A stretch of 64,000 nt of DNA from Paecilomyces variotii (Eukaryota), in the NCBI GenBank assembly GCA_004022145.1, contig RCNU01000009.1; one strand, given 5' to 3'. Positions 38,740 to 51,918 of this stretch are shown piece by piece. Below the pieces are notes generated by a model. It was not told where the DNA came from, searched no databases, and saw nothing but the letters and a program-made list of their open reading frames with translations. The translations under genes and the position numbers were made by a program. Position 1 is the first letter of the stretch; each line of letters begins with the position of its first letter.

Positions 38740-40219
38740 TGTCCATTGCGACAGCTCGAAGTCTACTTTGCATCTCTCTTAATGCTTCCTTCTCTCTAGA
38801 TTGGCTGAAGAAATCTCGCCTGTTGCAAGAGCATCGCGTGGGCGTATGGTTGTTTCACAACAGGGGGTGAACAGTTCTTTAGAAACTGCCCCGACCACTG
38901 TACAATACGCATCTGTCATGATTTTCCGTCCTGTTATTGCAGTATTTGACGTTCTTGGGCTTGAGGATTTTCTTTTATCGAACTGCTCCGCATGACTTTT
39001 TGAGATATCCCTTGTGTTGCTTTCTTGATTTTTGTGGCTGGATCACCCATTGCATATTCGAATGCGTCTGCTGATGTACCCTGTTTTTGTCTCTCTGTCT
39101 TACTTTCCCTTGATTATGATCATCTGCGCGGTGCATGTCCCTTGTCTTTTCAAATTGATTGACTGTCCTGATGTTTTCTTTTCTCTGGCTTTGACATTTG
39201 AAGATCTCTGACGCATACATTGCTTTTTCTTTATTCTCTCTGCCCTCATGGACCGAGATAACAAGATGAACGAACATGAGCAATATGGGAAGAATTAATG
39301 AGAAGTCTGAGTGAGAATGCACACACAAAAAGAATTATACCACAGTGCTTACATGCATATATGCTTGATACATTCGTACACAGCCGATACTCGACTCATA
39401 TTTTCCTATATGAAGACTTATTACCATAGCCGAGCTCCGTACCACCGCATAGTACGAGTTGCCCTCCAGTCTCTGGCGTCTAGTTAATACTAGCTGCTTT
39501 TAGAAAGAAAGACCGCAATTTAAAGAAAAGAAGGACAAGATCGACCTAAGGATATTTTAAGGATCTACAATAATAGTAATCATGATAATATAGGATCTAC
39601 GTATTATTATTTCGAGACCGGTTTCCGATTACGGGCAAGACTTGGCCTCGGCCATCTAATTGTATAACGAAGTAAGTAGACTAGACTTCGTATATCAGAT
39701 CGAAAGGGGCTTAATTCTAACGGATATAGTAGTATATATATATATATGATGGTATGAGAAGTTCGTGTAAAGGAAAGATATATTTTTGGTTCTTTTGATT
39801 TGATGCATGTATTTTGTTTGGAATGCTATATCAGGGTTATTTGAATGTTGTAACTATCTACTGCCAAATGCTCAACCCGATTTGGAAGAAGCAAACTGGG
39901 ATCGACATGGGGGGAGGGATGTACATTCGACATGAGCGGCGGGAGGACGGGACTTTCTCGTCACATTAACCATGGGCATCGTGAGATCAACATACACATA
40001 TCTGCTGTCTCGCGACGCATGGGAGGGGTACATGTATTGGCAGGGGAGGGGAAGTCGGGGGTGGGGAAAAGGGGAACATGGCGATGGTGATGATGATGAT
40101 GCGTGCGGACTAGTGTCCAGGGTGCGGATAAGGGGCGCAGGTACATTCGAATATAAGATGGCCAGAACCCGTATCCATCATGCAACTCTTTTTCCATGGC
40201 TAGCACCGGCAGAGAAGAT

Positions 40220-41359
40220 TTACTCCTCCTTGGCAAAGAGCTTCTCGTTGTCCTGCTGGGCCTTGATGAAGGCATCCTTGAAGAGGTTGGCATCTGGAGC
40301 ATCTTGTCAGCGCTATTCATGGAAATTTATACTCTGGAATAGCCTTGAATCATATATACAAAGACAAAGGGCTAACTTACTCTCGCTGTTGGCGAAACGA
40401 ATGGCCAGGGTCTGCGCTTCAGGCTCACCCTCACTGACATCGGCCGCAGCGTTCCAGACCCAGCTGCGGTCACTGCCGACGTTGGGAGAGAGCTTCATGT
40501 CAGGGACAACTATGAAACGAGTCAGTATATGATCGTCTACCTAGTTATAAGGGACCGGAGACATACTGTAGTGGTTGGCGCAGACCTTGAGGGTCTTGTC
40601 TCTCCGCATGACCAGACGAGTCTTGCCGTTCTCCTTGTGCTTCAGCAGTCTCACGTCACCAGTACCACGCTCCTTCCACTCCTTGCTCTCACGGTCGAAC
40701 TTGAACAACTTTGCGCGCATCTTGAACGTTTGCTCCTCGAGCTCTTCGTTGGTCTTGACCTCGACCTTCTCGGTCAGGTGGACGACGGGCTCGAAATGGA
40801 CGTCAGGGGACTCGGGAGCTTCATCCTGGTGGAGTAAATCGTGTCAGCCAACAGCGTCTATCGCTCATCATCATCAAAAAGTTGTAACGCAGGAAAAGAA
40901 ACATAGTATGAACCCTCTATAGCAGAACATAACTATCGATATTATCACGCCTAAGGCAGAAAGGGGGGCAAAAGTGCGGGGTGAGGGGCGCAATAACGGC
41001 AAAAGCTAGTATTCAACACACAGGGAAGAAAAAGAAATATAGAGGATTCAGTGCAGATGAACAGGATCGCAAAAAAAAGTTCTCACCTCTTCCTCTGCCT
41101 TCTGGGCCTTGGAAGAGCCCGAAGGCTCGTTGGTATCATCCTCTTCCTCCTTCTTCTCCTTCTTGGGACCGCCACCAAACATGGAGAAGACGCTGTCAGT
41201 AGCCTTGGTCGTGGCAGCAGCGGCCGTGTCGGCGATAGTCTCTGTGGTCGACTTCTTCTCCTCACCCTCCGCAGTCTTTGGCGTTTCCTCCGCGGTGGTG
41301 TTGGTCTCCTCGTGGGCGGTGGTGGTGGGGTCAGGCTTTGTTTCGGCGACGTCAGACAT
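40220..41359 (-). CDS. yrb1: Ran-specific GTPase-activating protein / RanBP1
   Basis: [66 protein letters not shown]; three introns. Confidence 0.95.
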
Positions 41360-42027
41360 GGTGACTGTGTGAGATGATGATGCTGGTCGAAGAGTTTTCC
41401 AGGTGTAGTTCAAGCGGTCTCTCTGAGGTGGTAAAAGAGAGAAAAAAGAGCAGGATGGATAGTGTGAGTGATGATGCCTGATCTGGTGGAAAGTGTTTTG
41501 GATCGCGTCCTGGTAAAAGGTGGGTAGGTTTCTTAGGTTTGTTGGCGAAATCCCGCCGTTCCACCCCCTACGCTGAGCCTGCTAGTGCCAGCCGCCCCTC
41601 GTCACTCTTTGGTTTTCTATAGGCAAAAAAAAAGGCACTTTGCTCGCTCAGGCACAAGGAACCTTACAAACGAGCTTACATGCTCACGCTCTACCTGCAG
41701 GCTACTCGACACAGTACTCTTACTGCACTCTTGACAAACTTGGACGGCAGAGTCAATATTATAGGTGATTGATGGGTTGATCGCCCCGCGATGAAGTACA
41801 GAAACAAATGAGAGAGAGCAGCGACATGCCCAGCTAGTAAGCAACCAGCGCCGATCTGGAAACGGCCCTGCCTTGTTGGATATCGTAGTTATTCGTTGAC
41901 CCCATTTCCCTGACCCCAGCCTAGTTACCGCAAAGAAACAGAAAAGCAGAGGAAAGAAATAAGAGAAAAGAAGAGACCAAAACCCAGTTTCCCGTAGCCC
42001 GTCTGTTTACCACATCGACAGAATGAG

Positions 42028-44592
42028 TCATCTACGATGGCCACCTTTACGATCGTGGCGGTTTGGTTTTGCCGACTTGACATGTCCGTGCGATTCCTTC
42101 TTCATCAGACTGCGCGCTCCCATCTGCGCCTTAGCCAAAGGCTTGTAATGCCGTAAATCCCGAAACCGCTCGTTGAGGCTGTTTAGCTGAAACTGTTGTG
42201 TCGAGAGACTCATCCTCTTCCAGATATCGTTCGCCAATTCCTTGATCTCTTTGTTGATGGTCCGTGTCCGGCCCTGTAAGGCTGACGAGGCCGTCGAGAG
42301 CCCCTGCACGGTGTTGCGCCTTACAAGCTCGGACAACTCCTTTGACCTTGACAGAACCGCATCTCTAGTCTCCTTGGAGCATTGTACGGAGCCGCGGCCC
42401 AGCGTTTCCGCCTCCCGACGTAGAAGATGCGACTTCTTGGTAGCGTCGCCAATCCACACTTGCAAATCCGTGCTGAGACGACCATAGACCTCAGAAAGCC
42501 CTGTCTGAGCTGCGCTCAAGTCCTTGGCTAGCTGGGAAGAAATAGCATGGGCTGCTTTCTTCCAATTTGCGACTTTCAGCCATGGTGTGCCAAAGTCGAC
42601 CTCGGTGACCTGTTCAATATGTGGCCTGGAGGCGGTGGTTGTAACGTTGATCAGACCGTATGCATCTTCTCTATCTAGCTTTAGCGTGTACACGCCTTCG
42701 AACAGCTTGGAAAGCTCGTACGGAAGGGATCGGTCGCCCTTGGCAACATTCAAATTGAACTTTGGCTGCTTCCGGCCGGATGCGACGCTCGGAGGGGGCT
42801 TGATAATGACATGACGGTCTCCGATGGCCTGCACCTGGAACTTGTCAGGTCTCACAGGTTGATCTGTGACGGCTAGAGCGGCTCCCATGATATCTTCGGC
42901 CGCTGAGGCATCTTCGTATCCGTAACTCGAAACATGCACTTCAATTGGAGAAGTCATCACTGCGAGTGACGTCTCGCCCGATTTCTCTGATAGAGGCGGC
43001 CATGTAGTGGAAACAATAGCGGAAGAGGTAGAATAGATGCTAGGTGCAGAAGAGCGAGCAAATTGCTGCAAGAAAAATACACTTGTAGCCCTGAGAGCTG
43101 AAAGTCCGAGAGAAATGGCAATAGCAGACACTATGGCGAGAGTAACGATACGTAAGTGTGGAATTAATTCATGTACACGGCCAGCGCTGGGCGAAGAAAT
43201 CATGTGTTTCGGGTACTTCTCACTATCGACGAACCGCGTGTATGGATGTGACATTCGGCTCAGATCGGGATCATTGGAGGCCTTGGTGGAATAAAGGCCA
43301 CAGAGGGAGGCTAGGTTTCGGTTGAGCTGTCCAGGGGTGATGCTCTCGAAGGTCTTCAAATCGATCGGGTATCTTCTTAGGACAACGCTCTCACCTGTCA
43401 AAGAATGGCGGGACTCCAAGCACATATGAAGACTGTGGTAGTCCAAGGGTATTATTTCAGCGGGCTTTTTCCAGAAGGGTTCATCCGAGATGGCCATCGT
43501 CGGGATAGCGTGTCTCTTCACAAAGGTATGTGCCAATTGCCGCGTCATCACTGCGTGGTCATCGTCCTTGCCAGATATCAAAAAGATGGCTAGATCTGGT
43601 AGTGTCCATTCAGCGGGGGATGAAATCTGGTATTCAGATCCTGCCCATGATGAAGTGCACGGTGCTCTGTTCTTGAACTGGAGATCGATTCTGCTTGGTG
43701 AGTCGATTTGCGGTGTCAGTGTCGCGTCAACGCACTCGTCAACAACCAGCTGCACGTGGATTGGAAGCAGTTCTGCATAGTTTGGAGTAGCTCCAGCCCC
43801 AAAGGACGTAGGGACGACATGGTATCTGGATGATTCGGTCGAGCTGCATTCGAAGTCACTGTTGGAGCTGGACACCAGAATGTCTCCAATCTTGTCTAGA
43901 ATGATATGTCTGAAATCTGGGTTCCCTACGTATAGCACACGGAACGGCTTGTCCAAGTCGAGACCTTGTTTTGTCATCGTCTGCTGGACGGTCACCAACA
44001 GGCTAGAATGTTCAGGCTGAGGAGAAAGGTGCTCCTTCAGCTCTGAGGCCTCCAGTCCATCAAGGACTCGCACAGTATGCTTCAATTCAACTCTCTCAAC
44101 TCCAGGCCATTGTTCTGGTTCTCTGAACTCGATCGAATCCGTAGGCTGGAAGGCAGCTTTCGTGGTGATGTTACTGTCATTTATACCATCCTTCACACGG
44201 GCGAAGAGAGGTGGAAGCTCCTGGGATTCCGAAATATTGCTCTGCTCATCATCGTTTCCGTCGATCTCGCTATTGGTCTCTTGTCCGTCCAGACTGGTAA
44301 CGTCATCAGGACCGTTCTGATCGATCAGGGAGCCAATATCGGTCTGTTCGGAATGTGTGCCATCTTCAGAATGAATATCAGAGACACTCAGGTTTGCCCA
44401 GCTCTCGCTGAGGGAGCTTTCCGGACGCTCCACGTGTAAGCTCGAAGTCATATTTGCCGGTCGAGACTGAGACAGCCACTCTTCGACGGAAACACTGAGC
44501 GGAGGAAGAGTGGGATAGCGGAGATGCGGAGGATCTGCAGGTCTTGCTGACCTTCTATGAGGATGCTCTGCAATGTCAGTTATGTCAGACAT
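42028..44592 (-). CDS. Uncharacterised 854-aa single-pass membrane protein
   Basis: Long intronless ORF; acidic/Ser-rich N-terminus, predicted alpha/beta middle (PFRVLYVG, LPDLAIFLIS), hydrophobic segment LRIVTLAIVSAIAISLGLSAL at about aa 480-505, helical C-terminus. Confidence 0.8.
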   Translation of the reverse strand: MSDITDIAEHPHRRSARPADPPHLRYPTLPPLSVSVEEWLSQSRPANMTSSLHVERPESSLSESWANLSVSDIHSEDGTHSEQTDIGSLIDQNGPDDVTSLDGQETNSEIDGNDDEQSNISESQELPPLFARVKDGINDSNITTKAAFQPTDSIEFREPEQWPGVERVELKHTVRVLDGLEASELKEHLSPQPEHSSLLVTVQQTMTKQGLDLDKPFRVLYVGNPDFRHIILDKIGDILVSSSNSDFECSSTESSRYHVVPTSFGAGATPNYAELLPIHVQLVVDECVDATLTPQIDSPSRIDLQFKNRAPCTSSWAGSEYQISSPAEWTLPDLAIFLISGKDDDHAVMTRQLAHTFVKRHAIPTMAISDEPFWKKPAEIIPLDYHSLHMCLESRHSLTGESVVLRRYPIDLKTFESITPGQLNRNLASLCGLYSTKASNDPDLSRMSHPYTRFVDSEKYPKHMISSPSAGRVHELIPHLRIVTLAIVSAIAISLGLSALRATSVFFLQQFARSSAPSIYSTSSAIVSTTWPPLSEKSGETSLAVMTSPIEVHVSSYGYEDASAAEDIMGAALAVTDQPVRPDKFQVQAIGDRHVIIKPPPSVASGRKQPKFNLNVAKGDRSLPYELSKLFEGVYTLKLDREDAYGLINVTTTASRPHIEQVTEVDFGTPWLKVANWKKAAHAISSQLAKDLSAAQTGLSEVYGRLSTDLQVWIGDATKKSHLLRREAETLGRGSVQCSKETRDAVLSRSKELSELVRRNTVQGLSTASSALQGRTRTINKEIKELANDIWKRMSLSTQQFQLNSLNERFRDLRHYKPLAKAQMGARSLMKKESHGHVKSAKPNRHDRKGGHRR

Positions 44593-45733
44593 GTCGGTGT
44601 AGTTTGACGCTGTGAGATCATGGAAGCTGCAGGGGGAAGATGCGGGCAGCGGGGATGAAGCTGCGCGCTTTCCACCGTACGAGTACTAGGGGCGGAGAGC
44701 ACTAGAACATAGAAGAAGAGAGGAGAGGCGAAGATGTTCACCAGTATAGCGTTATCTGTGATTCTCCAGGATGTTTGAAAGAACTACAATAGATTGACAC
44801 CATGAACCTTGGTGGGGGATGATTTCGTCGCGGGTGCCCGATGACTCGGTAGGCAGCCAGATGGTCCTTCGCGGCGGGGTTGTTGATCCGGTCGGAAGGG
44901 GAGCTGGAGAGAGAAGATAGACGTTCCAGATCAGGAAAAGCTCCAGAAAAGCGAGCAGTAAGTGTTGCTGCCTTCCAGCTGGTGCTCGAGGCCTGGAAGT
45001 TCAATGAACCATGAAGATGGGGGGAGGAGAGCAGAATACAGTGAGCTGGTGACAGGCAGACTATGTCAACATGATACAGTGAGCTGTCTGGATCATCCGG
45101 AACGGCGACTCATGCGCACGGCACATGACTGAACAGCCGCGACAGACGTGTCAGTCACTCCTCTGTGACTTTTGGTGGTGAAATACATGGACTCGATTAT
45201 CCCCATGCTTGATAACGAATTGCGGGACGCCTCTTATTATCTATCAGCCCTGCACCGGGCAGCTAAATTGGTCTGCCCCGCCTGTCATCCGAACATCGTT
45301 GCCGCTTGATAACAGTTGGACGGGGCAACTGACTGTTCCAGCGACAACAGTGTTTGGCTAATATTCTACAATAGCGCCAGTCAGGGATCACTGGAGTGAG
45401 AATAATGGACAGGAAATGACTGACATAAATCGATCAAAGTCTGAAGCAAACCGATGAGGATATCCACCTTCGAAGGGTTCCGTGATGATCAGCGCTTTAC
45501 CCCGATAATCATTTCCGCCCCGAGACAGCGCTTATTTATCGGCATTCAAGGCCAGCAAAACACCCTCCAATCATGCATATCATTGTGCCATAATGCTTTC
45601 GACATCCTTGAGTATTTGTATGATCGATGCGTATCTACCATATGCCTCTCAGATAGAGCCCAAGTATACTTCTTCTAACTATATATATGGTTCTAGTACA
45701 GTGTCTAGCTTCCGCAATCCATACAGAAGCCCG

Positions 45734-47506
45734 CTATTCAAGTGTCACTATCAAGAGAGTAGTCTCAAGCCCAGTCAGCCCATTCTTCACCAACTTTCCA
45801 CCAGAGACACTCCAGCCGCCACGACCCCATAGCACTTCGCTCACGGAAGCAGCCTTGGCAGGTAGTGTCACCGTGATCTCTGATTGTAAGTCCGTATACT
45901 CTAAATAGAGTATACTGACAAGCATCTGTTCTCCAATTATCCACCCAGCTGCATCAATTCTCCCGTGTCCAGCAGCTTCCAACGCCGTCGTATGCGATCC
46001 CAGCAAATGGGTAGTCACGTCTTTTCTCAATAGGACCTTGCTCAGCTTGCTGGTCACTTCACTTAATCCCGAAGATGTCGGATAGGTCCACATGACAATG
46101 CCTTTGGCATTGTGGTTGATGCTGAGCATGTTCATTGTCACCTCTTCTTCCGGAGTCGGATATCGTCTCCAGAACGATTCGTTTCCAAACGCCTGTGGGA
46201 CTCCCCAGAAAGTCTTGGGCGGACCGCCGATCCACTCCTGATATTGCGCAAAGATATCCAGACGATCAGAGATATCTTCCATATCCCCTTTGCAATCATC
46301 GCAACCACAACAGCCATACGTGGTATTGCATACCGTGCCATAGACTTCCGAGTAAGACGTGTTGACAGCGATGGGATACACATCCGAAAGGATAATGTCT
46401 GCTCCGGAGGAGTACTCCTTGTAATAGAAATTGTAACAGTTCAAGCATAAAGAGACAGGATGCCATGGGTCGAGGGACTTGATCTGGTCATAGGCAATTT
46501 TGGGCGCGTTGACAGGGTCACTGTTGCCGTCTGGCTCGTCACCAGTATACCAAAGAAGCATACTTTTTCGGGCTTTGAGCATGTTGACCTGTTCTTCGAC
46601 GGAAGTCGCATTCTGGTACGTCCATCGCATGTCATACATGATCCAAAGACCGATTTCATCACACCTGTCAAGGAATATGTTGAGTTCGGTGAAATTGAAA
46701 GGCTGTCCGCCATTGGGGATAATGTGCACAATGTTATATCCTTGGTCCTTGAAATACTGCACGTTATCAAGGGACTTTTCCAGCCATCCTCCCCAGCTAA
46801 CGTAGAAAGAATAAGGCAATAGCGGCTGCCAATCCGTCTGCTCATTCTTGAATAGTAGTCCGCCATAAAGACTATCAAGTTTGGTAATACTGCCACCGTC
46901 AGTTCGATTGGGCAGACGATATAGCTGTGTCCGAGCCGTATAGCTTCTGTTTCCGTCCGGCGAAACCGCTCGAAGCAAGATATCATATGGATCAAATTGC
47001 GGTTGGAGACTAGACAAAGAAAAAGAGACTTCATTCGATGTCGTATTCACCGGTATAACGGCACTTGAAACCAGACCGGTTTCGTTATCAGCCAAGGAAA
47101 TATCCACATATAGGACGTTGAAACTTTCATGTGCCAGACCATGACCATCCCCGGTATCGGTACCATAATAGAACGGATAGCCATTGATATGCGACAGTGC
47201 TGCATCCACGATGAAAGAACCCCACAGCTCGTCCTGTGTATAGAGATTCATCCGAGGACGAACGCGCAGATCCAGGAGCGGCTCAAGCGAAGGGGCTGGC
47301 TGGACTAGCCAACCTCCGGGTTCAAAGGACGCATTACTAGACTTCGGTTAGGTATCTTGCTCTTAAGAGGGATAAAAGAACCGAAGAAAGGGCTGTGCCG
47401 CATACGTTGCGCGATAAGCCTTCCCGCACCAGATATCGACCCCCGGGGGGTTGTTGAAGGCCGCCGTCAGCCCAAGCGCACCAAGCCAGAGGGCAAACGA
47501 TCTCAT
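45734..47506 (-). CDS. Secreted putative glycoside hydrolase (TIM-barrel, family not assigned)
   Basis: First exon MRSFALWLGALGLTAAFNNPPGVDIWCGKAYRAT (signal peptide), intron, then NASFEPGGWL... in frame with ORF 45734-47251. GYNIVHII, GLWIMYD, WYTGDEPDG, DPWHPV, DVYPI motifs; many N-glycosylation sequons. Confidence 0.8.
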
Positions 47507-50500
47507 TCTGATCAGCAAAAGTACGGGGCCATATCATAGCTTTCTGTGGACTTTGGCAGGCGTTATATGGACACTAGGCGCACTGTGAGTTCAACTGATG
47601 CTACCACGGCAGGGATAGCCTGAGTGCCCGTGTTGCGGCGCAACCCAACGTGTCATGCGTTTAAAGACGAATTTTAGGTCTGGAAATTTATATACCAGCA
47701 GTAGATAAGCACGGTTATGGTTATTTACCTTCCCTTGTGGGTTAAGATGTCACCAGTGTATGCTGAGAGGGTAGCAATCATATTCGATACCATTCGTGCT
47801 AGGCGGTCAACACCACCAGACACGAGGCTCGCGCAGATAAGCCGATGGCTGTCAACCAAGCAAGAGAAAAAAAGCCAAAGACATGCAGCCACATCCAAAT
47901 TTCGAGTCCAGACAAAGAAAATAATACAAATGAAATATTCCAAAGGCCCAGATATTGGGTTGTGATTCGTGGTCGTTGAAAGCCAACACCTTCACGACCA
48001 GCCACCAGCCGGTACTTACGTTGTGGCTGGTATGCAAGATTCATGTGCCCAGCTTCCGATGCATTGGGATGCTTACCGGCTGAAATATTTGCATGGCTTG
48101 AAAAGTCTGGAATGGCCTTTGACGATAGAATGTTGGGGATGTCTTACTGAAGGTGTCTTTCAATTACTGCTCGAGTGACAATAAGACGCTACTACAAAGC
48201 GCTTCTTCATTTAACTCTACGGAGTATATGTACAGTACAATTGACAAGCGTCTAAGTCTCCCAAGGTAGAATTGGGACCACGTACCTATGTCTTCATGAA
48301 CTCCTGTCGCAAACTTGGCAAAAAAGGTTGCTGCCAACTGCCGGGATCAGAAATACATAGCATATTTTCGAGCTTATATGAAGTTAATATGCTATCGCCA
48401 TAAAACGCCACATCAGAAAGCATTTTCCCCTCCAATCAGACCTGATCTCGTATTTCCTATTACCTCTTCCGTCTGCCTATCAAAATCACTTCCTTTTATG
48501 ATTCGTTAACTCAAATAATAAGTTGAACCACGCATAGATAATAGCGCGCCACAGTTCCATCCCCAACTTGTCCCCTTTCTGGCATGTGTCAGAACTGTTA
48601 CCATGCTGTTTGAAAGTTGAGATAGAGTCTGAATAGACTCACTACTCTCTTTAGACTACTTTCTCACCTCTCGTACTACCTACTCGACCTCCCCCTTCCC
48701 CTCCTCCTCTAACCCGCCCGCCAAGATTCACTTTTACCGTGAGTCGGGCAACTGATGCTTTTTAGCACGACCCACTTCCAGGTTCTCATTCTAATTTCTC
48801 ACCGAGATGCCATGCGGTGGAGTCTAGAGTGGTTGTGAATTTCACCCGCAATTCGCATCAGCATGCTTCTTGTTGGCGGGTTTGGCAGTACAGTAACAAG
48901 CTCCTAAATAATAGAAAGTAAACTAAACTATGCGGCGCAACCCAGGTTTTTGGTACCTGGGGTCGATGGTGAAACTTTGCTCTTTTTGCTGATGATCATC
49001 GATATACCTTGTTCGTTACTTATGCTTAACTTATACGTAGTTTCATCTTACTCGTAGGAGGAGTTTCTGGTTTTGGTAATTGACTAACTAGTTGAAGACT
49101 TCAGCGCTTAACTACTTACTGTGTACTTATTGTTATAGTTATGGCATGCAGCACGCTACCAACTAGAGAGCTGTAGCTTTTTTTCGTCTTTTTCTTTTTT
49201 TTTCTCCTTCAGTGGATATCGTACTTTATAAGTGAGGCTGAAGCTGAAGCCCGGATCAAGGATAATGGGTTACCATAAAACACCGAAATCCCGCTCGTCT
49301 GGTATTAGTGTCTGTTCCAAACGGCCTTGATAGAAAGGGGGAAGGGGAAACCCAAAACATAATAATAGCGAAGTACATACCTAGTCAAGTGACATGGTCC
49401 CCGTAGCACATTGATAGTACTTATTTATCAATCCCGGTGTGTGTAAGGGATCTATCTAACTATCCCCTTCTCCAGAGGGGTAACTAATAATAATAATACT
49501 CCGTACGTAGTTACGAAGCAGTTAGCTGCCAAGTTAGGGCGGATCCCTTATTATTTTCTAGAATCTATCATAAACTAACTAGCTCTCCTTCGGTTCGGAA
49601 TCACGCCGGGGACGGTCAAATATCGACTTTCGAGAATGATAGATAGATCATCTAGTGTCTATCGGCGATGGACGGAGAAAAGACGGCTCAACCAAAAACT
49701 AACCAAATAATAACTAGATAGGTAGTTTAGATACTCGCACTTATGTATGGCGTCTCAGTCGGATCCGCTCGAGGTGACAGTGAACTTTTTGTCTCTTCCC
49801 AGACACCGGGAACGCTAACTATCTACCTAAGCTAAGTAGTTAACTAAGATCACCTTCCCATTCTTAACTAACTAACGTTCGTATTGATTGAGCTTCCAAA
49901 GGAGCGGGTTGCGTGTCCTTAAGCTCGGGGCACTCGTATGTACTTTACTATTGCCTGTTTCTGGCTAGGGTATTGGGGGGGAGGAGGAAGGGGGGAACTT
50001 CCGTCTTCGTTCTGACGATGGACTTTTGTCTTCGATGGCCACCAGCCTCAGCGGTGGGATAGCTAGCATTGACAGATCCGCAGCTACGTGAAAGGGTTGT
50101 AGATCTACGTAATCTCCGAATCTAGGGTAGGATTTGCCAGTTTTGGATGCTAGTTATAATAACGCGTGGAAAGGAAAGATCTTCTAAGGTCGTGAGATAC
50201 TAGAAAAGGGTCGAGCATATGGTGCACTACAATAGATAATAAACAAATATATCACTGATGTTTCCGTCACTAATAAAGAAGCAAACGGAAGGAAGCTTAC
50301 TACCTACTTAGTACGTACTAGCCACCAAAGATCAAAAGATCATTGACCCCTGTAAGCGGCACGGCCAGATCGCTGCCAGAGGACGGCACCGAGTTTGATG
50401 CAAAGTATAATAATCGGGGTCCAGAACATTGCGACGTTGAATTATAATTAATCCTTACTGATGCCGAAAAGGTAAAATGGAAGTTCCCGAACATATCAAT

Positions 50501-51883
50501 CGGTATTATTATTTCCAACGTGCCCGTCATCTCTCTCCAAATCCTATGATCTTCTCCAATAGTTGCACAACGTTCCCGTCCCGTGACAGATATACTAATT
50601 CATTATCGATGAGCGACACCCTTTAGCGCTCTGTAAGTAGACATGAATCTGAGATTCGGGTTCTCTCCTGAACTCGGTTTCCGATCTGCAGACTTTTGGG
50701 TGTATGAACAGCTTATGGATCTTTATTTCGCTACGTAGTTTTCTGGACGCCCTTCCTAAAAAGATATTATGGCAAGTTGAAAGATGGCTTAATTCGCCAA
50801 GTTAATCAAGCGAACATATATCGAAAGGTAGTCTCTGAGAAAGTCGAAAAGGTTACCATGGAAATGTATACAAAAGGACAATGCGGGCTCTCGTATGGAA
50901 GCTGTGAAAGACGGGATACTCCGCGAATGAAAATCACCGCACGGAATATACTTCGATATTCACGGATATTGGCTCTCCTGAAACCGGATGACGATCTCCC
51001 CCGGCACCCGGCGCCAATCCGTCAGGCTGATTTCACCACTTTTCTTTCGACGCTGCCGCCGAGGTTCCCTCGTGCCGGGACCGAGGATTCGCCAAGTGAT
51101 CCTGATCAGAACGAAAGGAAGGGAGAGATTCGCGCAGGGCCCACACCGGTGCTCATAAAAGGGTGCTATGGTGAGAGTATATCCTTTCTGAAAACGGAGC
51201 GTGGTGGAATTAATGAATGGACTTTTGTACTCGACTGCGAAGGAGTACTTACTCTATAAGAAGGGAGATTGTGTTTTTGCCTGTTCGGAGTTGACGGGAC
51301 GAGCCGGTTAGGAGCCCGGCAAGGACACAACAGAACAACTCCTGATTCAACCGCGAGACGGAGAGCAAGACGAGCCTATAGAGCCGTGGTCATCTCTAGA
51401 GCAAATCCCCCCTCGTCAGTCGTCCTCCGAAGCTATAACCTCCCCCCACTTGCTGCATGGGCCTTGACTCGTGGGAATCCGCGGTGCGTTCCCGTAGCGC
51501 CGTACCGGTAGCACTAGAGGGCATAGCGTCAGGATCTATACCATGACGGCTTTAGTTTCAAGTAGCATCACTGCTATAGCCAGTTAGTCCCATCAGGCGG
51601 AAAGATGCCGCGATGGTGCCGGGGATCTGCTGGTCCCCTTTCCTCAGTTGCTGGATGTCTGTGCTGGCCCACAACCGACCAAATGTCGCCGACGGCCGGG
51701 CATACTCATAGTTATGGTGGGTCTTTTAGGGTGACGCCTCGAACTTATGAGCGGCCAGTTTTGACGGGACAATCTAGGATCGCGACGGGGTCGTTTAACG
51801 GGGGCAGAAGTCAATTATTTATGTTCAATCATTGTTCAGCATAGCTGGACACTGGAGAGAGATACTTGAGATACTTTTGGTTC

Positions 51884-51918
51884 AGAGAGAGCGAGAGAGA
51901 AAGAGAGAGAGAGAGAGA
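51884..51918. repeat. Imperfect (GA)n microsatellite; similar short GA/TC tracts near 260, 10905, 20238, 28848 and 29692
   Basis: Visible dinucleotide runs in intergenic/UTR DNA. Confidence 0.75.

Noticed and set aside
50777-51259. 160-aa ORF in the rasB upstream spacer
   Set aside because: No recognisable motif or convincing exon structure; cannot be supported without expression data.
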